DNA of 32,235 nt from Patescibacteria group bacterium. Its GTDB lineage: Archaea > Thermoproteota > Bathyarchaeia > TCS64. Numbering within the stretch: the first letter of the stretch is position 1; each line of letters starts with the position of its first letter. The notes beneath the pieces were generated by a model that made no database searches, was not told the origin of the DNA, and was given only the letters and a program-made list of their open reading frames with translations. Both the position numbers and the translations under genes were made by a program. This document shows, piece by piece, positions 7,994 to 16,580 of the stretch. Location: assembly GCA_035527235.1 (NCBI GenBank), contig DATLAV010000219.1, positions 1 to 32,235 on the forward strand. Direction: 5' to 3'.

Positions 7994-10894
7994 TTAGGCC
8001 CCGCCTTCTCCTAACCTTCCGCGTTCCGTCGCCCACCTCATCAGCAGCTGCCTGATGAAGGAGCCCGTTCTGTACGCTGACTCTTTGCTACCCCTGGATC
8101 GGAGCACCAGCGTGAAGATGCCGTGCCCCTCCTCGACCAACCTGAGTACGTTGTACGTCCTTATCCCGCCCAGGCTCGGCTGCCCCTCTCCGTACGTGAA
8201 GACTAGATCCCAGGTCCGCCCCTTCACATCCTCCCTGAGACCGGTGATGAATCGCTCCGCCATCGTGTCCCTGTAGCCCTCCATGGAACCCTTCATGAAC
8301 CCGAGGAAGGAGTCAACGAGCCCCGCCTCGACCTTCACCGGCAGGGAGATCTCGACGAAGCCCTCATCCATCGACGGCGCACCCATGCTCCACCTCCTCC
8401 TCAGCGACGGTGTGAGGACCACGGAATCGTGGAGCGCGAGGATCGAGCCCGCGGCCACCGACGCGAGGGAGATGCCGATCGACGCGACACACCAGAACGC
8501 CGAAATCTTCTGCTGGACTACCGGGGCGAAGGAAAACCTCGCCATCAGGGGGTACCAGCCGAGGCCGAGGAGGTAGCCTAGGCCCCCCGAGATGACCCCT
8601 ATAATCGAGGCCTCGGCGAGGAAGATGCCAGAGATGTGGGCGGGGTTTAGCCCGATGCTGGAGAGGATGTTGATCTCCTTGCGACGCTCGTACATGGCGT
8701 TCATCATAGTCGTGACCACGTTCAGCACCACGATCACCCAAGGCACCAACAGCGGGAAACCCTTGCCCCCCAGCATATCACCCATGTGGGCGACGTTCAC
8801 ACTCCCCCTGGATGAGACCCAGAAACGGTACTCCCTCGTCAAAGCCATGCCCTTCCCGATGATCTCCGGGTTCACCCCCTCCTCGAGCTCAACGGCTATT
8901 CTGGACAGCTTGACGTTGCGTACCCTGAGGGCGGTCTCCACGGTCGTCACCACGACGTTCCCGGGGTCGCAGGTCACCGCATCGATCAGTGGGATGTCGG
9001 AGCCCGGCTCATAGTTGATCTGATACTTAGGGAGGATCGACTCGCCGTCCACGTCCATCACCCCGCTGATGCCACGGGAGAAGAATCCCACCACCCTCAT
9101 CTCCACGCCGCGGATCACGATCTGCTCCCCCAGCTCCACGTTGAACCGGAAGGACTCCTCCAGGAGGCACGTGTCATCCTCCCTCAGAGGATCCCCCGCG
9201 ACGACCACCCCGTCCAATGCTTCCATTATAGGCTCAGCGTCTGGCTGGACCCCTAGGACCCCGTAGATGGACTTATCCCCGATCCTTCCATAGGGTCCCA
9301 GCGTCGGAGTGTTCTCGGCCTTGACGGCGATACTCGCTACACCGTCCACCCCCGCAGCCCAGTCGACCACCGACGGGATGACGGAGTAGAACCAGCCCTC
9401 CTCGAACGTGGTCCGCGGCGCGTACTCTGGGGGCCTGATGAGTACCCCCTCAGCCCCGGGCTCGAAGGAGGTGATCGCCCTGTAGGTGAGGCCGTAGCCG
9501 GCCGAGAGGGAGGTGAGGGCAACGAAGCTCATCGTCAGCACGAGGAGCGTTGAGAACATTAAGGCCGTCCTGAGCCTCCTGTTCCTGAGGTTCCGCTTGG
9601 CCATAGCGAAGATGACGGGGACAGAGGCGAGACGGGGAAGAACCCCACCACCGGCCCCCCTGCCCAAAATCTGAGGGGCGGCCCCCTCGATGAACAGCGC
9701 GACGGTGAAACCGAGGATGCTCATCCTGAGGAAGGCGTCGGCGGCGACCGCCCCGCTGCCAGGATAGACCCAGTTCAGGAACAGGATCATCGGCACGTAC
9801 AGGCCAGTCGCGACCAGCAGCTTCCTGAGGCCTCCACCCGTGAGCAGCGAGGCCAGGGCGACCGATGTGAGGGAGATGAAGACGATGAGAACGTTCACCG
9901 AGAACGAGGCCTCGACGGCGACGGCCTCCAGCCTTCCCTTGACGCCCGCCAGCTTCAGGTAGGCCTGGCGGAGGTCAACGTAAGACGCGTCATAGTCCCC
10001 CTTCTCGAGGTGATACGTCCCCGTCCGTATCAACTCATCCGATCTCCGGAGCTCGTGCCTCTCCGAGGCCGTGTAGAACCCCTCGCCCTCCATCAGTGTC
10101 AGGTTGTCCCCCACCTCGCCCCTGAGCCCCTCAAGCTTCACCAAGTCATGGGCGAGGCTGTACTTCCGGATGTCTAGGTCGACGACCTCCCCCGCTCCCA
10201 GCAAGAAGCCGTCGCCCTCGGAGACCTCAAACCTTCCGAAGGCCTCTATTATGCTCTGAAGCGATATGGACCAGCCGATCAGCCCCCTCCTAGTTCTCTC
10301 ATACGTGTAAGAGTAGGAGCCCTCGATCTTCACGGGGATCCCGGATGGCACGACCACCAGGTCGGGGTCGAGCCCGATGAACTTGCTCAGGGTATCCAGC
10401 CCAGTCCCGTAGATGAGCCGATAGTCGCCGAACCTCATGATCATACCCGTCGACGGGTCTATGACCTCGAAGGCATAGCTCGTGATGACGCTGGTCGACC
10501 CGATGCGCCGAAGTTGCCCCCTCATAGCGAGGGTGGCGGCTCGGGTTAGAGTGAAGTTCACCTGCTCAGCTACGTCCCCGGACGTCTCGATGGAGCGAGC
10601 CGTAGGCATCAACTCGACACCCGGCGTCTCAGGATCATCGAAGAAAGCGTAGAGCTTGCACGCCACCTCATTGGTCTGGGCATCTAGGATGTAGAACCCA
10701 TCAGGGTCCGTCACAGTCTTCCCCTCGAGCCGGAGACCCCACAGCCTGATCGAGGCACCCTGGACGGGAGATCCGTTCGGGTCGAACACGAACCCTTCGA
10801 GTCGGATGTCAGATGCCCCTGTCGCGGAGGGAGAAAGAGTGAGCATGGATGCGATGACCAAGAGGGCTAGGAGCGGCGTTAGCCTTCGTCTCAA
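7994..10894 (-). CDS. Large FtsX/MacB-type ABC permease-like membrane protein with an N-terminal CarboxypepD_reg-like domain
   Basis: The 966-aa product begins with the signal peptide MRRRLTPLLALLVIASMLTLSPSATGA. Next comes IRLEGFVFDPNGSPVQGASIRLWGLRLEGKTVTDPDGFYIL (carboxypeptidase-regulatory-like fold) and a central TM block. A MacB-like extracytoplasmic domain follows, then the FtsX motif region ...NAMYERRKEINILSSIGLNPAHISGIFLAEASIIGVISGGLGYLLGLG. The last 140 aa form a soluble tail (7997-8416) with no motif I recognise. Confidence 0.8.
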   Translation of the reverse strand: MRRRLTPLLALLVIASMLTLSPSATGASDIRLEGFVFDPNGSPVQGASIRLWGLRLEGKTVTDPDGFYILDAQTNEVACKLYAFFDDPETPGVELMPTARSIETSGDVAEQVNFTLTRAATLAMRGQLRRIGSTSVITSYAFEVIDPSTGMIMRFGDYRLIYGTGLDTLSKFIGLDPDLVVVPSGIPVKIEGSYSYTYERTRRGLIGWSISLQSIIEAFGRFEVSEGDGFLLGAGEVVDLDIRKYSLAHDLVKLEGLRGEVGDNLTLMEGEGFYTASERHELRRSDELIRTGTYHLEKGDYDASYVDLRQAYLKLAGVKGRLEAVAVEASFSVNVLIVFISLTSVALASLLTGGGLRKLLVATGLYVPMILFLNWVYPGSGAVAADAFLRMSILGFTVALFIEGAAPQILGRGAGGGVLPRLASVPVIFAMAKRNLRNRRLRTALMFSTLLVLTMSFVALTSLSAGYGLTYRAITSFEPGAEGVLIRPPEYAPRTTFEEGWFYSVIPSVVDWAAGVDGVASIAVKAENTPTLGPYGRIGDKSIYGVLGVQPDAEPIMEALDGVVVAGDPLREDDTCLLEESFRFNVELGEQIVIRGVEMRVVGFFSRGISGVMDVDGESILPKYQINYEPGSDIPLIDAVTCDPGNVVVTTVETALRVRNVKLSRIAVELEEGVNPEIIGKGMALTREYRFWVSSRGSVNVAHMGDMLGGKGFPLLVPWVIVVLNVVTTMMNAMYERRKEINILSSIGLNPAHISGIFLAEASIIGVISGGLGYLLGLGWYPLMARFSFAPVVQQKISAFWCVASIGISLASVAAGSILALHDSVVLTPSLRRRWSMGAPSMDEGFVEISLPVKVEAGLVDSFLGFMKGSMEGYRDTMAERFITGLREDVKGRTWDLVFTYGEGQPSLGGIRTYNVLRLVEEGHGIFTLVLRSRGSKESAYRTGSFIRQLLMRWATERGRLGEGGA

Positions 10895-11002
10895 CGCTGT
10901 CCCATCAACTCAACCAAGATGATGTGATGAAATACTTAAGAAAAGCGGCAGATGGGCCCTATTCACCCAATCTCTTATCCCTCACACCCACTGGGTAGAA
11001 CA

Positions 11003-11019
11003 TTATTTAGGTTGAAGAC
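11003..11019 (+). promoter_or_regulatory. TATA-like promoter element upstream of aldo/keto reductase 1
   Basis: TTATTTAGGTTGAAGAC ends 28 nt upstream of ATG 11047, and GGAAGGTG (SD-like) lies in between. A 16/17 identical copy sits at 5454-5470. Confidence 0.35.
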
Positions 11020-11046
11020 AGGCCTCTCGTCTGGGAAGGTGCTTAG

Positions 11047-11865
11047 ATGAAGAAGACCCAACTCGGCCCAACGCAGCTCAAGATCTCCAGACTCTGCTTC
11101 GGAACCGAACCCTTCGCGATAAAGAAGGGCCCAGACGGCATGAAGACCCAGGGAGACCTCTCCCCGGAGCAGGGAGGGGCCGTCCTGCGGGACGCCCTGG
11201 AGATGGGAGTCAACTTCTGGGACACATCGGACGACTACGGGACCTACCCCCATATCAGGGCCGGGCTGGACCTGGTGGACAGGGGGGACGTCGTCGTAAC
11301 CGACAAATCCAACGCCAAGAGCTTCCAGGAGGGCAAGGAGGCCGTCCGGCTCTCCCTCGAGAGCCTGGGGACCGACTACGTCGACCTCATGCTCCTCCAC
11401 AACGTCCCCCCGTGGACTCTCAGCAGACGGGACTCCACGGGGCGCCCCTACGAGTCGGGGAGCCTGGCGGACAGGATGGAGACGCTGAGGGCGTTCCACG
11501 AGGCGAGGGAGACCGGCGAGGTGAGGGCGACCGGCCTCTCCACCCATAGCACCCTCGTCCTCAGGCAGGCCCTGGAGGTCCCCGAGATAGAGGTCGTCTG
11601 CACCACGCTGAACAAGGTGGGGGGCTATGTCGAGGACGGGACGCTGGACGAGCATCTTGACGCCCTCAGGGCCCTCAAGGAGGCGGGGAAGGGCGTCTAC
11701 GTCATAAAGCTGCTGTACGGGGGCAGGCTGAGAGAGGACGGGGACTCGGCGGTGAGATACGCACTCCAGTTCCACGAGTTCGTCGACGCATGGAACATCG
11801 GGATGTACGACGCCCGAGATGTGGAGAGAAACATCGCCCTGCTGAGGGAAGTCCTAGGGAGCTAA
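11047..11865 (+). CDS. Aldo/keto reductase family oxidoreductase
   Basis: The 272-aa product shows AKR landmarks: LRDALEMGVNFWDTSDDYGTYPHI (catalytic D/Y), VVVTDKS (K) and DLMLLHNV (H). The 266-aa ORF on the opposite strand is an Arg/Pro/Gly-rich shadow. Confidence 0.85.
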   Translation: MKKTQLGPTQLKISRLCFGTEPFAIKKGPDGMKTQGDLSPEQGGAVLRDALEMGVNFWDTSDDYGTYPHIRAGLDLVDRGDVVVTDKSNAKSFQEGKEAVRLSLESLGTDYVDLMLLHNVPPWTLSRRDSTGRPYESGSLADRMETLRAFHEARETGEVRATGLSTHSTLVLRQALEVPEIEVVCTTLNKVGGYVEDGTLDEHLDALRALKEAGKGVYVIKLLYGGRLREDGDSAVRYALQFHEFVDAWNIGMYDARDVERNIALLREVLGS

Positions 11866-12037
11866 CATCACGGATTAGGGGAACCCAACTCCCCGGACCA
11901 GAGTGAAGGGTGAAACACCCAAACCATGACCTACCTACTTCTCACAAAGTCCCAACGCCATCAAATCTAAAAATATAGAATCAGGGCTGCGGAACGCGCG
12001 AGGAATAGAAGTCGCAGAACGAATCGCAGTCATCTAA

Positions 12038-12331
12038 TTACCGTGATATCGTCACACGACTGCTCAGGGCTTGACCGGGCAGCCCTATTCTGAACTTAAC
12101 CCTGAGCGCCCCGCTCTTCCCGTGGAGCTTGGATATCCTGCCGACTAACTTCGGATCGTTGTGTGGCCAGTGCACCTTCCACCCTATCAGCCTCCTGGAC
12201 TCCGATGGGTCCGCATCGAGCACCTTGATTATACATTCACGGCTCCTCTGCCTCTTCGGGCCTATACGGTAGTTCATAACTACACCCGTATACTCCTCAC
12301 GCATCCCTTTCGCCAAAACCACTCCCACCAT
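12038..12331 (-). CDS. rpl35ae: 50S ribosomal protein L35Ae (eL33)
   Basis: MVGVVLAKGMREEYTGVVMNYRIGPKRQRSRECIIKVLD...LVGRISKLHGKSGALRVKFRIGLPGQALSSRVTI aligns along its length with archaeal L35Ae. Compare the Pyrococcus-type ...[27 protein letters not shown]... The track ORF starts at GTG 12346. ATG 12331 fits the family N-terminus better. Confidence 0.85.
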   Translation of the reverse strand: MVGVVLAKGMREEYTGVVMNYRIGPKRQRSRECIIKVLDADPSESRRLIGWKVHWPHNDPKLVGRISKLHGKSGALRVKFRIGLPGQALSSRVTISR

Positions 12332-12391
12332 TTTAACGGCAGCCACCTTGACCCACGGACCTGAACGACATCATCAACCAGCCACCTCCCT

Positions 12392-12958
12392 CTACAACGA
12401 CACGAGGTTCTTAAAGTCTTCGTAGAGGAGGTGCTTCCACTCCCTCTCGGCGTGGAAGTCGGCGTCGTCACTCACACGCCTGACATCGCAGCTGTAATGA
12501 CCATCCGCGTACCCGGAGCATTCGTCTAGACTGGTCGGGTACATCCTACACTTCGCCGTGCGGAGCTCCCAGGTGATTTCCTGGGCGGCATACCTAATCT
12601 CCGCCATGTTGAAGTGATCCGTCCCCTCGGAAATCATGTTGATGTCGGGTTCACTATTGACGATGTTCTTAGATCCCTTGGGGAAGTCCTCCGCCACCAC
12701 GGTGATCTCCTCGAAGCCCCCCTCCTTCAGGCACCTGAGGGTCTCCTCAAGGTCCTTGACGCCCGCCCTCTTCGCCCTGCGATCCTCGTCCACGAGGACC
12801 CTAAGCAAACGCCTGCCCGATTCCTCGTCCCCCGTCACGTAGTTGACGCTCCCGCTGTCTTCGTCAACGCCCTCCAGCTCGTAGCCTCTCAGCGTCTTCA
12901 GGAGCTCCACCCGTATATCCTGCCACTCGTTCCGAAATTCGACTGCCATCTGAAACAC
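12392..12958 (-). CDS. Hypothetical protein, possibly a restriction-endonuclease-like (Mrr_cat/PD-(D/E)XK) fold with a Cys-rich C-terminal part
   Basis: The 188-aa gene ends 45 nt upstream of rpl35ae on the same strand, so an operon is likely. The N-terminal part, ...LLKTLRGYELEGVDEDSGSVNYVTGDEESGRRLLRVLVDEDRRAKRAGVKDLEETLRCLKEGGFEEITVVAEDFPKGSKNIV, has the Mrr-like spacing. I do not see a clean ExK. The C-terminal part carries CRMYPTSLDECSGYADGHYSC. Confidence 0.45.
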   Translation of the reverse strand: MFQMAVEFRNEWQDIRVELLKTLRGYELEGVDEDSGSVNYVTGDEESGRRLLRVLVDEDRRAKRAGVKDLEETLRCLKEGGFEEITVVAEDFPKGSKNIVNSEPDINMISEGTDHFNMAEIRYAAQEITWELRTAKCRMYPTSLDECSGYADGHYSCDVRRVSDDADFHAEREWKHLLYEDFKNLVSL

Positions 12959-13193
12959 TTATTCACGTAATATATAGGGCAGGTCACTTATATATTAAAT
13001 TGAGAAAAAACTATGAAAAGAAAAAATAATTATTATTCTCACCGGAAATAATCCATAATTAATATATAGATACCGTAATTACTGTGAGATATGCCGCATC
13101 GGGAAATCCGTTGATTTCAGTATTTAATCTATATTATTGATTAATTTTCATTAAATATGGTGAATTTGATAGAATACGAGAGGTTTGATAATA

Positions 13194-13468
13194 GTGCCCC
13201 GACGTAGATCCAGACTTGAGATCATACTGGAGGTCTTCGAGGCCGTGCGAGGCGGAGTCACGAGCCCACCAGGATCATGTACGCCACAAACATGAGCTGG
13301 AACTCGGCCCAGAAGATACTGACAAGCCTGATGGAACAGGCATTCCTCGCCATCGATGAGACCGGGGGGAATGGAAAGAGAAGGCGGAGCTATGAGATAA
13401 CTGAGAGAGGGGTAAACGTTCTCAACCATCTGAACAGGATGAACGAGCTCCTCAGCATCAGTGGCTAG
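13194..13468 (+). pseudogene. Second small wHTH (HTH_45-type) regulator, interrupted by a frameshift at about 13265-13268
   Basis: GTG 13194 opens VPRRRSRLEIILEVFEAVRGGVTSP (frame 0), which parallels MVRRGKLDIIADILRVAQGG of the 3328..3624 paralog. The rest, TRIMYATNMSWNSAQKILTSLMEQAFLAIDE...ERGVNVLNHLNRMNELL*, is in frame 2 (track ORF 13277..13468). One extra C in the CCC run at 13265-13267 gives ...GGVTSPTRIMYATN... Confidence 0.65.
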
Positions 13469-13543
13469 ATGAGGCGTCACCGCTACGCGATCAATCCACG
13501 ATGTTCTGCAGGAACCCCATGAGGTCGTAGTCATCGAACTCTC

Positions 13544-13858
13544 TCAAAGACACCAAAAGTCGTTAAAGCTGAATATGTATAGAATCGACGAGAACAGCGG
13601 TCCGTTTTGGACTAGGACGCATGCTACCATCTCGTAGATCACCGCCAAGGCGATGAACGTGAGGATCTCCCTGAAGCTGAAGAGCCCCTTGACAAACGAT
13701 TCTATCAGCACCTGCAACGCCACCGTAGCGCCTGTGCAGATGAGGAACATCGACGCATCGCCGTACCTGAGGAAAACGTGGGACGACACCACGAAGGTGA
13801 GCGCACGCAACAAAAAACAAGTCCGCAAGAGCTCCGTCAAAGTGGCCCCCCTCAACAA
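13544..13858 (-). CDS. Small hydrophobic protein with about 4 TM helices (104 aa from TTG; 68 aa if started at the internal ATG)
   Basis: Hydrophobic segments include LLRTCFLLRALTFVVSSHVFL, MFLICTGATVALQVLIESFV, ILTFIALAVIYEMVACVLV and LFSSILYIFSF. The gene is divergent from the serpin gene. No family is recognised. Confidence 0.4.
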   Translation of the reverse strand: MLRGATLTELLRTCFLLRALTFVVSSHVFLRYGDASMFLICTGATVALQVLIESFVKGLFSFREILTFIALAVIYEMVACVLVQNGPLFSSILYIFSFNDFWCL

Positions 13859-13918
13859 CCTATCTGTTCTAAATTATAGTATTATTAGGAAAGCCTACAG
13901 AGACCTTCATAATATAAT

Positions 13919-15172
13919 ATGTTTAAGCGCTTAACCCAGCTAGTCTCAGCGTTCCTGATCCTTATCGTAGCCGTGGGAGGGGTGACCCTCTACATGCAGA
14001 ACCCTAACCCCGAGGTGTACGCCAAGCTGAACGTCCCCGTCCTCGACGACAGCATGGTCACCCCGGAGTCCCTAGGCGCAGCGGTGGACGCTAGCAACAT
14101 CTTCGCATTCGACCTCTACGCGAGATACAGCGCTGGTGAAGACAACCTATTTTACTCTCCGTACAGCATCTCGACGGCCCTCTCCATGACCTACGAGGGG
14201 GCCCGGGGGCAGACTGCGGAGGAGATGCGTTCTGTGTTCCACTGGGACGAGGACGACCTTGCCAGGAGGTCCGGGGCAGCCAGGGTCTTCAACCTGCTGA
14301 ACGCCGGGGACCGGCCCTACACCCTCCAGACAGCCAACGCCCTCTGGATGCAGGTGGGCTACCCCTTCAAGGAGGACTATGTCACCGTGATAAAGGACTC
14401 TTACGGTGGTGAGGCGAACTCCATCGACTTCGCCAAACTGACGAAGGCGGTGGAGACTATCAACGGCTGGATCGAGGAGAGGACCAACGACAAGATCAAG
14501 GACATGTTCGACGAGAGCTCCCTGAGGGACGCTAGGCTCGTCCTCACCAACGCCATCTACTTCAAGGGCGACTGGGCGACGCAGTTCGACGCGGAGCAGA
14601 CGAGGAATGGAGTCTTCCACGTAGCCCTGGACTCTACGGTCGAGGTCGACATGATGCGTCTGTGGGATGAGGATTTCAACTACACGGAGAACGCTGAGGC
14701 CCAGGTGCTGGAGCTACCGTACAGCGGCGGCGACCTCTCCATGATAATCGTTCTCCCCAAGGGGAACGACATCCACGAAGTCGAGGACACCCTGACCGCA
14801 GCCAAGCTCCGGGAGTGGCTCTCGGACCTGAGGCCCACCGCAATGGACGTCAACCTCCCTAAGTTCAAGTTGGAGACGAAGTACGACATGGGTGAGGACC
14901 TCGCTGCGATGGGGATGCCCACCGCCTTCACGGGCGGGGCGGACTTCAGCGGGATGTCCGACAGTGGGCTCTTCATCTCCAAGGTCATCCACCAGGCCTA
15001 CGTGGACGTCAACGAGGAGGGGACCGAGGCCGCCGCAGCGACCGGGGTAGTCATGCTCGAATCCGCCCCGATGACGACGCTCTTCAACGCCGATCACCCA
15101 TTCACGTTCCTCATACAGAATAGGGAGACGGGCCTCATCCTCTTCATGGGAAGGGTCATGGACCCCTCCTAG
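13919..15172 (+). CDS. Serpin (serine protease inhibitor) with an N-terminal membrane anchor or signal
   Basis: The 417-aa product starts MFKRLTQLVSAFLILIVAVGGVTLYM (TM). Serpin motifs follow: NLFYSPYSISTALSMTYEGARGQTAEEM, LVLTNAIYFKGDW, the hinge EEGTEAAAATG and FNADHPFTFLIQNRETGLILFMGRVMDP. Counting from hinge Gly368 (P15, 15020-15022) puts P1 at about Ser382 (15062-15064), within ...VVMLE-S-APM. Confidence 0.9.
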   Translation: MFKRLTQLVSAFLILIVAVGGVTLYMQNPNPEVYAKLNVPVLDDSMVTPESLGAAVDASNIFAFDLYARYSAGEDNLFYSPYSISTALSMTYEGARGQTAEEMRSVFHWDEDDLARRSGAARVFNLLNAGDRPYTLQTANALWMQVGYPFKEDYVTVIKDSYGGEANSIDFAKLTKAVETINGWIEERTNDKIKDMFDESSLRDARLVLTNAIYFKGDWATQFDAEQTRNGVFHVALDSTVEVDMMRLWDEDFNYTENAEAQVLELPYSGGDLSMIIVLPKGNDIHEVEDTLTAAKLREWLSDLRPTAMDVNLPKFKLETKYDMGEDLAAMGMPTAFTGGADFSGMSDSGLFISKVIHQAYVDVNEEGTEAAAATGVVMLESAPMTTLFNADHPFTFLIQNRETGLILFMGRVMDPS

Positions 15173-15212
15173 CGAGCCAAACCATAAAACCCCTGCCAGA
15201 GTTATTTCAACC

Positions 15213-15970
15213 ATGCGAAAGATAGCTTTCATCGGCGGTGGGAAGGGCTCCCTCTCTCCGGAGCTGGCGAGGAGGCAGGAGATTCTGAGGAAGACGGCCA
15301 GCCTTGACACCCAGATCGACTACTACGGCGGGAAGGGTAGCATCGAGTCCAGGGAGGGCGAGTACAAGGGCACGGGCAAGTTCGGCGCCATCGAGGACGA
15401 GTACGGCCTTGCCTACCACTTCCCGGGGACGGCCCGCATCATCGTAGAGGCCGAGGAGGAGGGGTACGACGCCATCATCCTCAGCTGCGGGGGCGACCCC
15501 GGGTTCTTCGCCATATACGAGGCCGCGGGCATCCCCATCATCGGCCCCGACACAACAGCGCGCCACGTCTGCAGCCTCATCAGCCACAGGTTCACCCTCC
15601 TCAAACGGGTGTGCCCGGGGCGGTGAACACCCTCCTGGAGCACGAGACCCCCCACGGGCTGGGCCGCTGGTTCTCCACCAGGAAGATCGGCATGGGCGTT
15701 CCTGAGGTTAGAGAGGTCCCAGAGAGATGCTTCCGCAACACCCAGAGGAAGGCGAGGGCAGCCATGGCGGAGGAGGGCTCAGACGCCTTCACCTACGGCT
15801 GCATGAGGATGACCTTCCTGGAGATGGAGGAGGAGCTTGAGGCGGAGCTCGGGGTGCCCTTCGTCAACCCTGCGAAGGTCGCCGTTCGGATGGCGGAGAT
15901 GTACATCGACCTCGGGTTGAGGCATAGCAAGCTGGGCTTCCCAGCCCCCAAGAACCTCTACTTCAAGTAA
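15213..15970 (+). pseudogene. Asp/Glu/hydantoin racemase family protein, interrupted by a frameshift at about 15600-15621
   Basis: The N-terminal half is ORF 15213..15626 (…AIILSCGGDPGFFAIYEAAGIPIIGP…, first catalytic Cys). The C-terminal half is ORF 15611..15970 (…DAFTYGCMRMTFLE…, second catalytic Cys). The halves overlap in different frames. One extra G in the GGGG run at 15617-15620 gives ...RFTLLKRVCPGAVNTLLEHE... Confidence 0.75.
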
Positions 15971-16028
15971 CCCTCGAAACGCTGGATGTAACAACGCTAT
16001 CATCGACGAATCATAAGGAGGAGAAAGG

Positions 16029-16478
16029 ATGAAGGACGTGAACCATATCTCGGATGATGGAGACTCATTTAGGTCATTCAACATAGTTGGCCTTAGCTAC
16101 GTCAGCCTGTATCTCAAGGACTTCGATTAGGCAGCTAAGTTCTACAGCCAGGTCTTCGGCCCTTCCACCTCGGTGGAGAATCACATCCTCTGCTGGCCCA
16201 TGGGCTCCACCATGCTCACAATCTTCCCGAGCGAATACGGTTCCGCTAGGGGCAGCAACCCCCGCAACACAGAGTTCGGCATGCAGGTCGCCTCCCCCGA
16301 AGAGGTGGACTGCCTCTACAACAGGTTCCTCTCCGTAGGCGCTAAGGGACGCCATCAACCCGAGGACACGTGGATGTACGAGACCATGAGGTTCGCCTGT
16401 ATCGACGATCCCTTCGGGGTGAGGATCGACATCTACTGCCCCATTCCTGAGGAGAAGGCAGGATGGACGATCATCTGA
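16029..16478 (+). pseudogene. VOC (glyoxalase/bleomycin-resistance/dioxygenase) family protein with an in-frame TAG at 16128-16130
   Basis: AAGGAGGAG (SD-like) precedes ATG 16029. The reading is MKDVNHISDDGDSFRSFNIVGLSYVSLYLKDFD*AAKFYSQVFGPSTSVENHILCW..., all in one frame with track ORF 16173..16478. The stop sits inside the conserved v.D.d.a..FY..vfG module. Confidence 0.65.
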
Positions 16479-16541
16479 ACTCTCTGCCGAAGAAGGACCC
16501 CTAAGTGAGTTGAGTATAATGTAACAGTCTGGTAAGTGAAG

Positions 16542-16549
16542 TTTAAATA
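16542..16549 (+). promoter_or_regulatory. TATA box candidate for MFS transporter 1
   Basis: TTTAAATA is centred about 36 nt upstream of ATG 16581, which is consistent with a very short leader. Confidence 0.3.
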
Positions 16550-16580
16550 CGATACTTGAGGCAACTGAACGGATTACGAC

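Noticed and set aside
10975-11775. 266-aa ORF on the minus strand
   Set aside because: It is antisense to the aldo/keto reductase, whose catalytic motifs are unambiguous. The product is Arg/Pro/Gly/Leu-rich with no motifs, typical of a shadow ORF in GC3-rich DNA.
13151-13534. 127-aa minus-strand ORF
   Set aside because: It overlaps the frameshifted wHTH gene, whose two halves both match the paralog at 3328..3624.
14147-15310. ORFs 14147..14620(-), 14680..14988(-) and 14714..15310(-)
   Set aside because: They are antisense shadows of the serpin gene.
16128-16130. The in-frame TAG read as pyrrolysine
   Set aside because: TAG is the normal stop of at least eight genes in this window (for example the serpin, MFS-1, AKR-2 and the response regulator). 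No pyl genes are seen, and the host protein is not a methyltransferase. A nonsense mutation or base error is more economical. It remains checkable.
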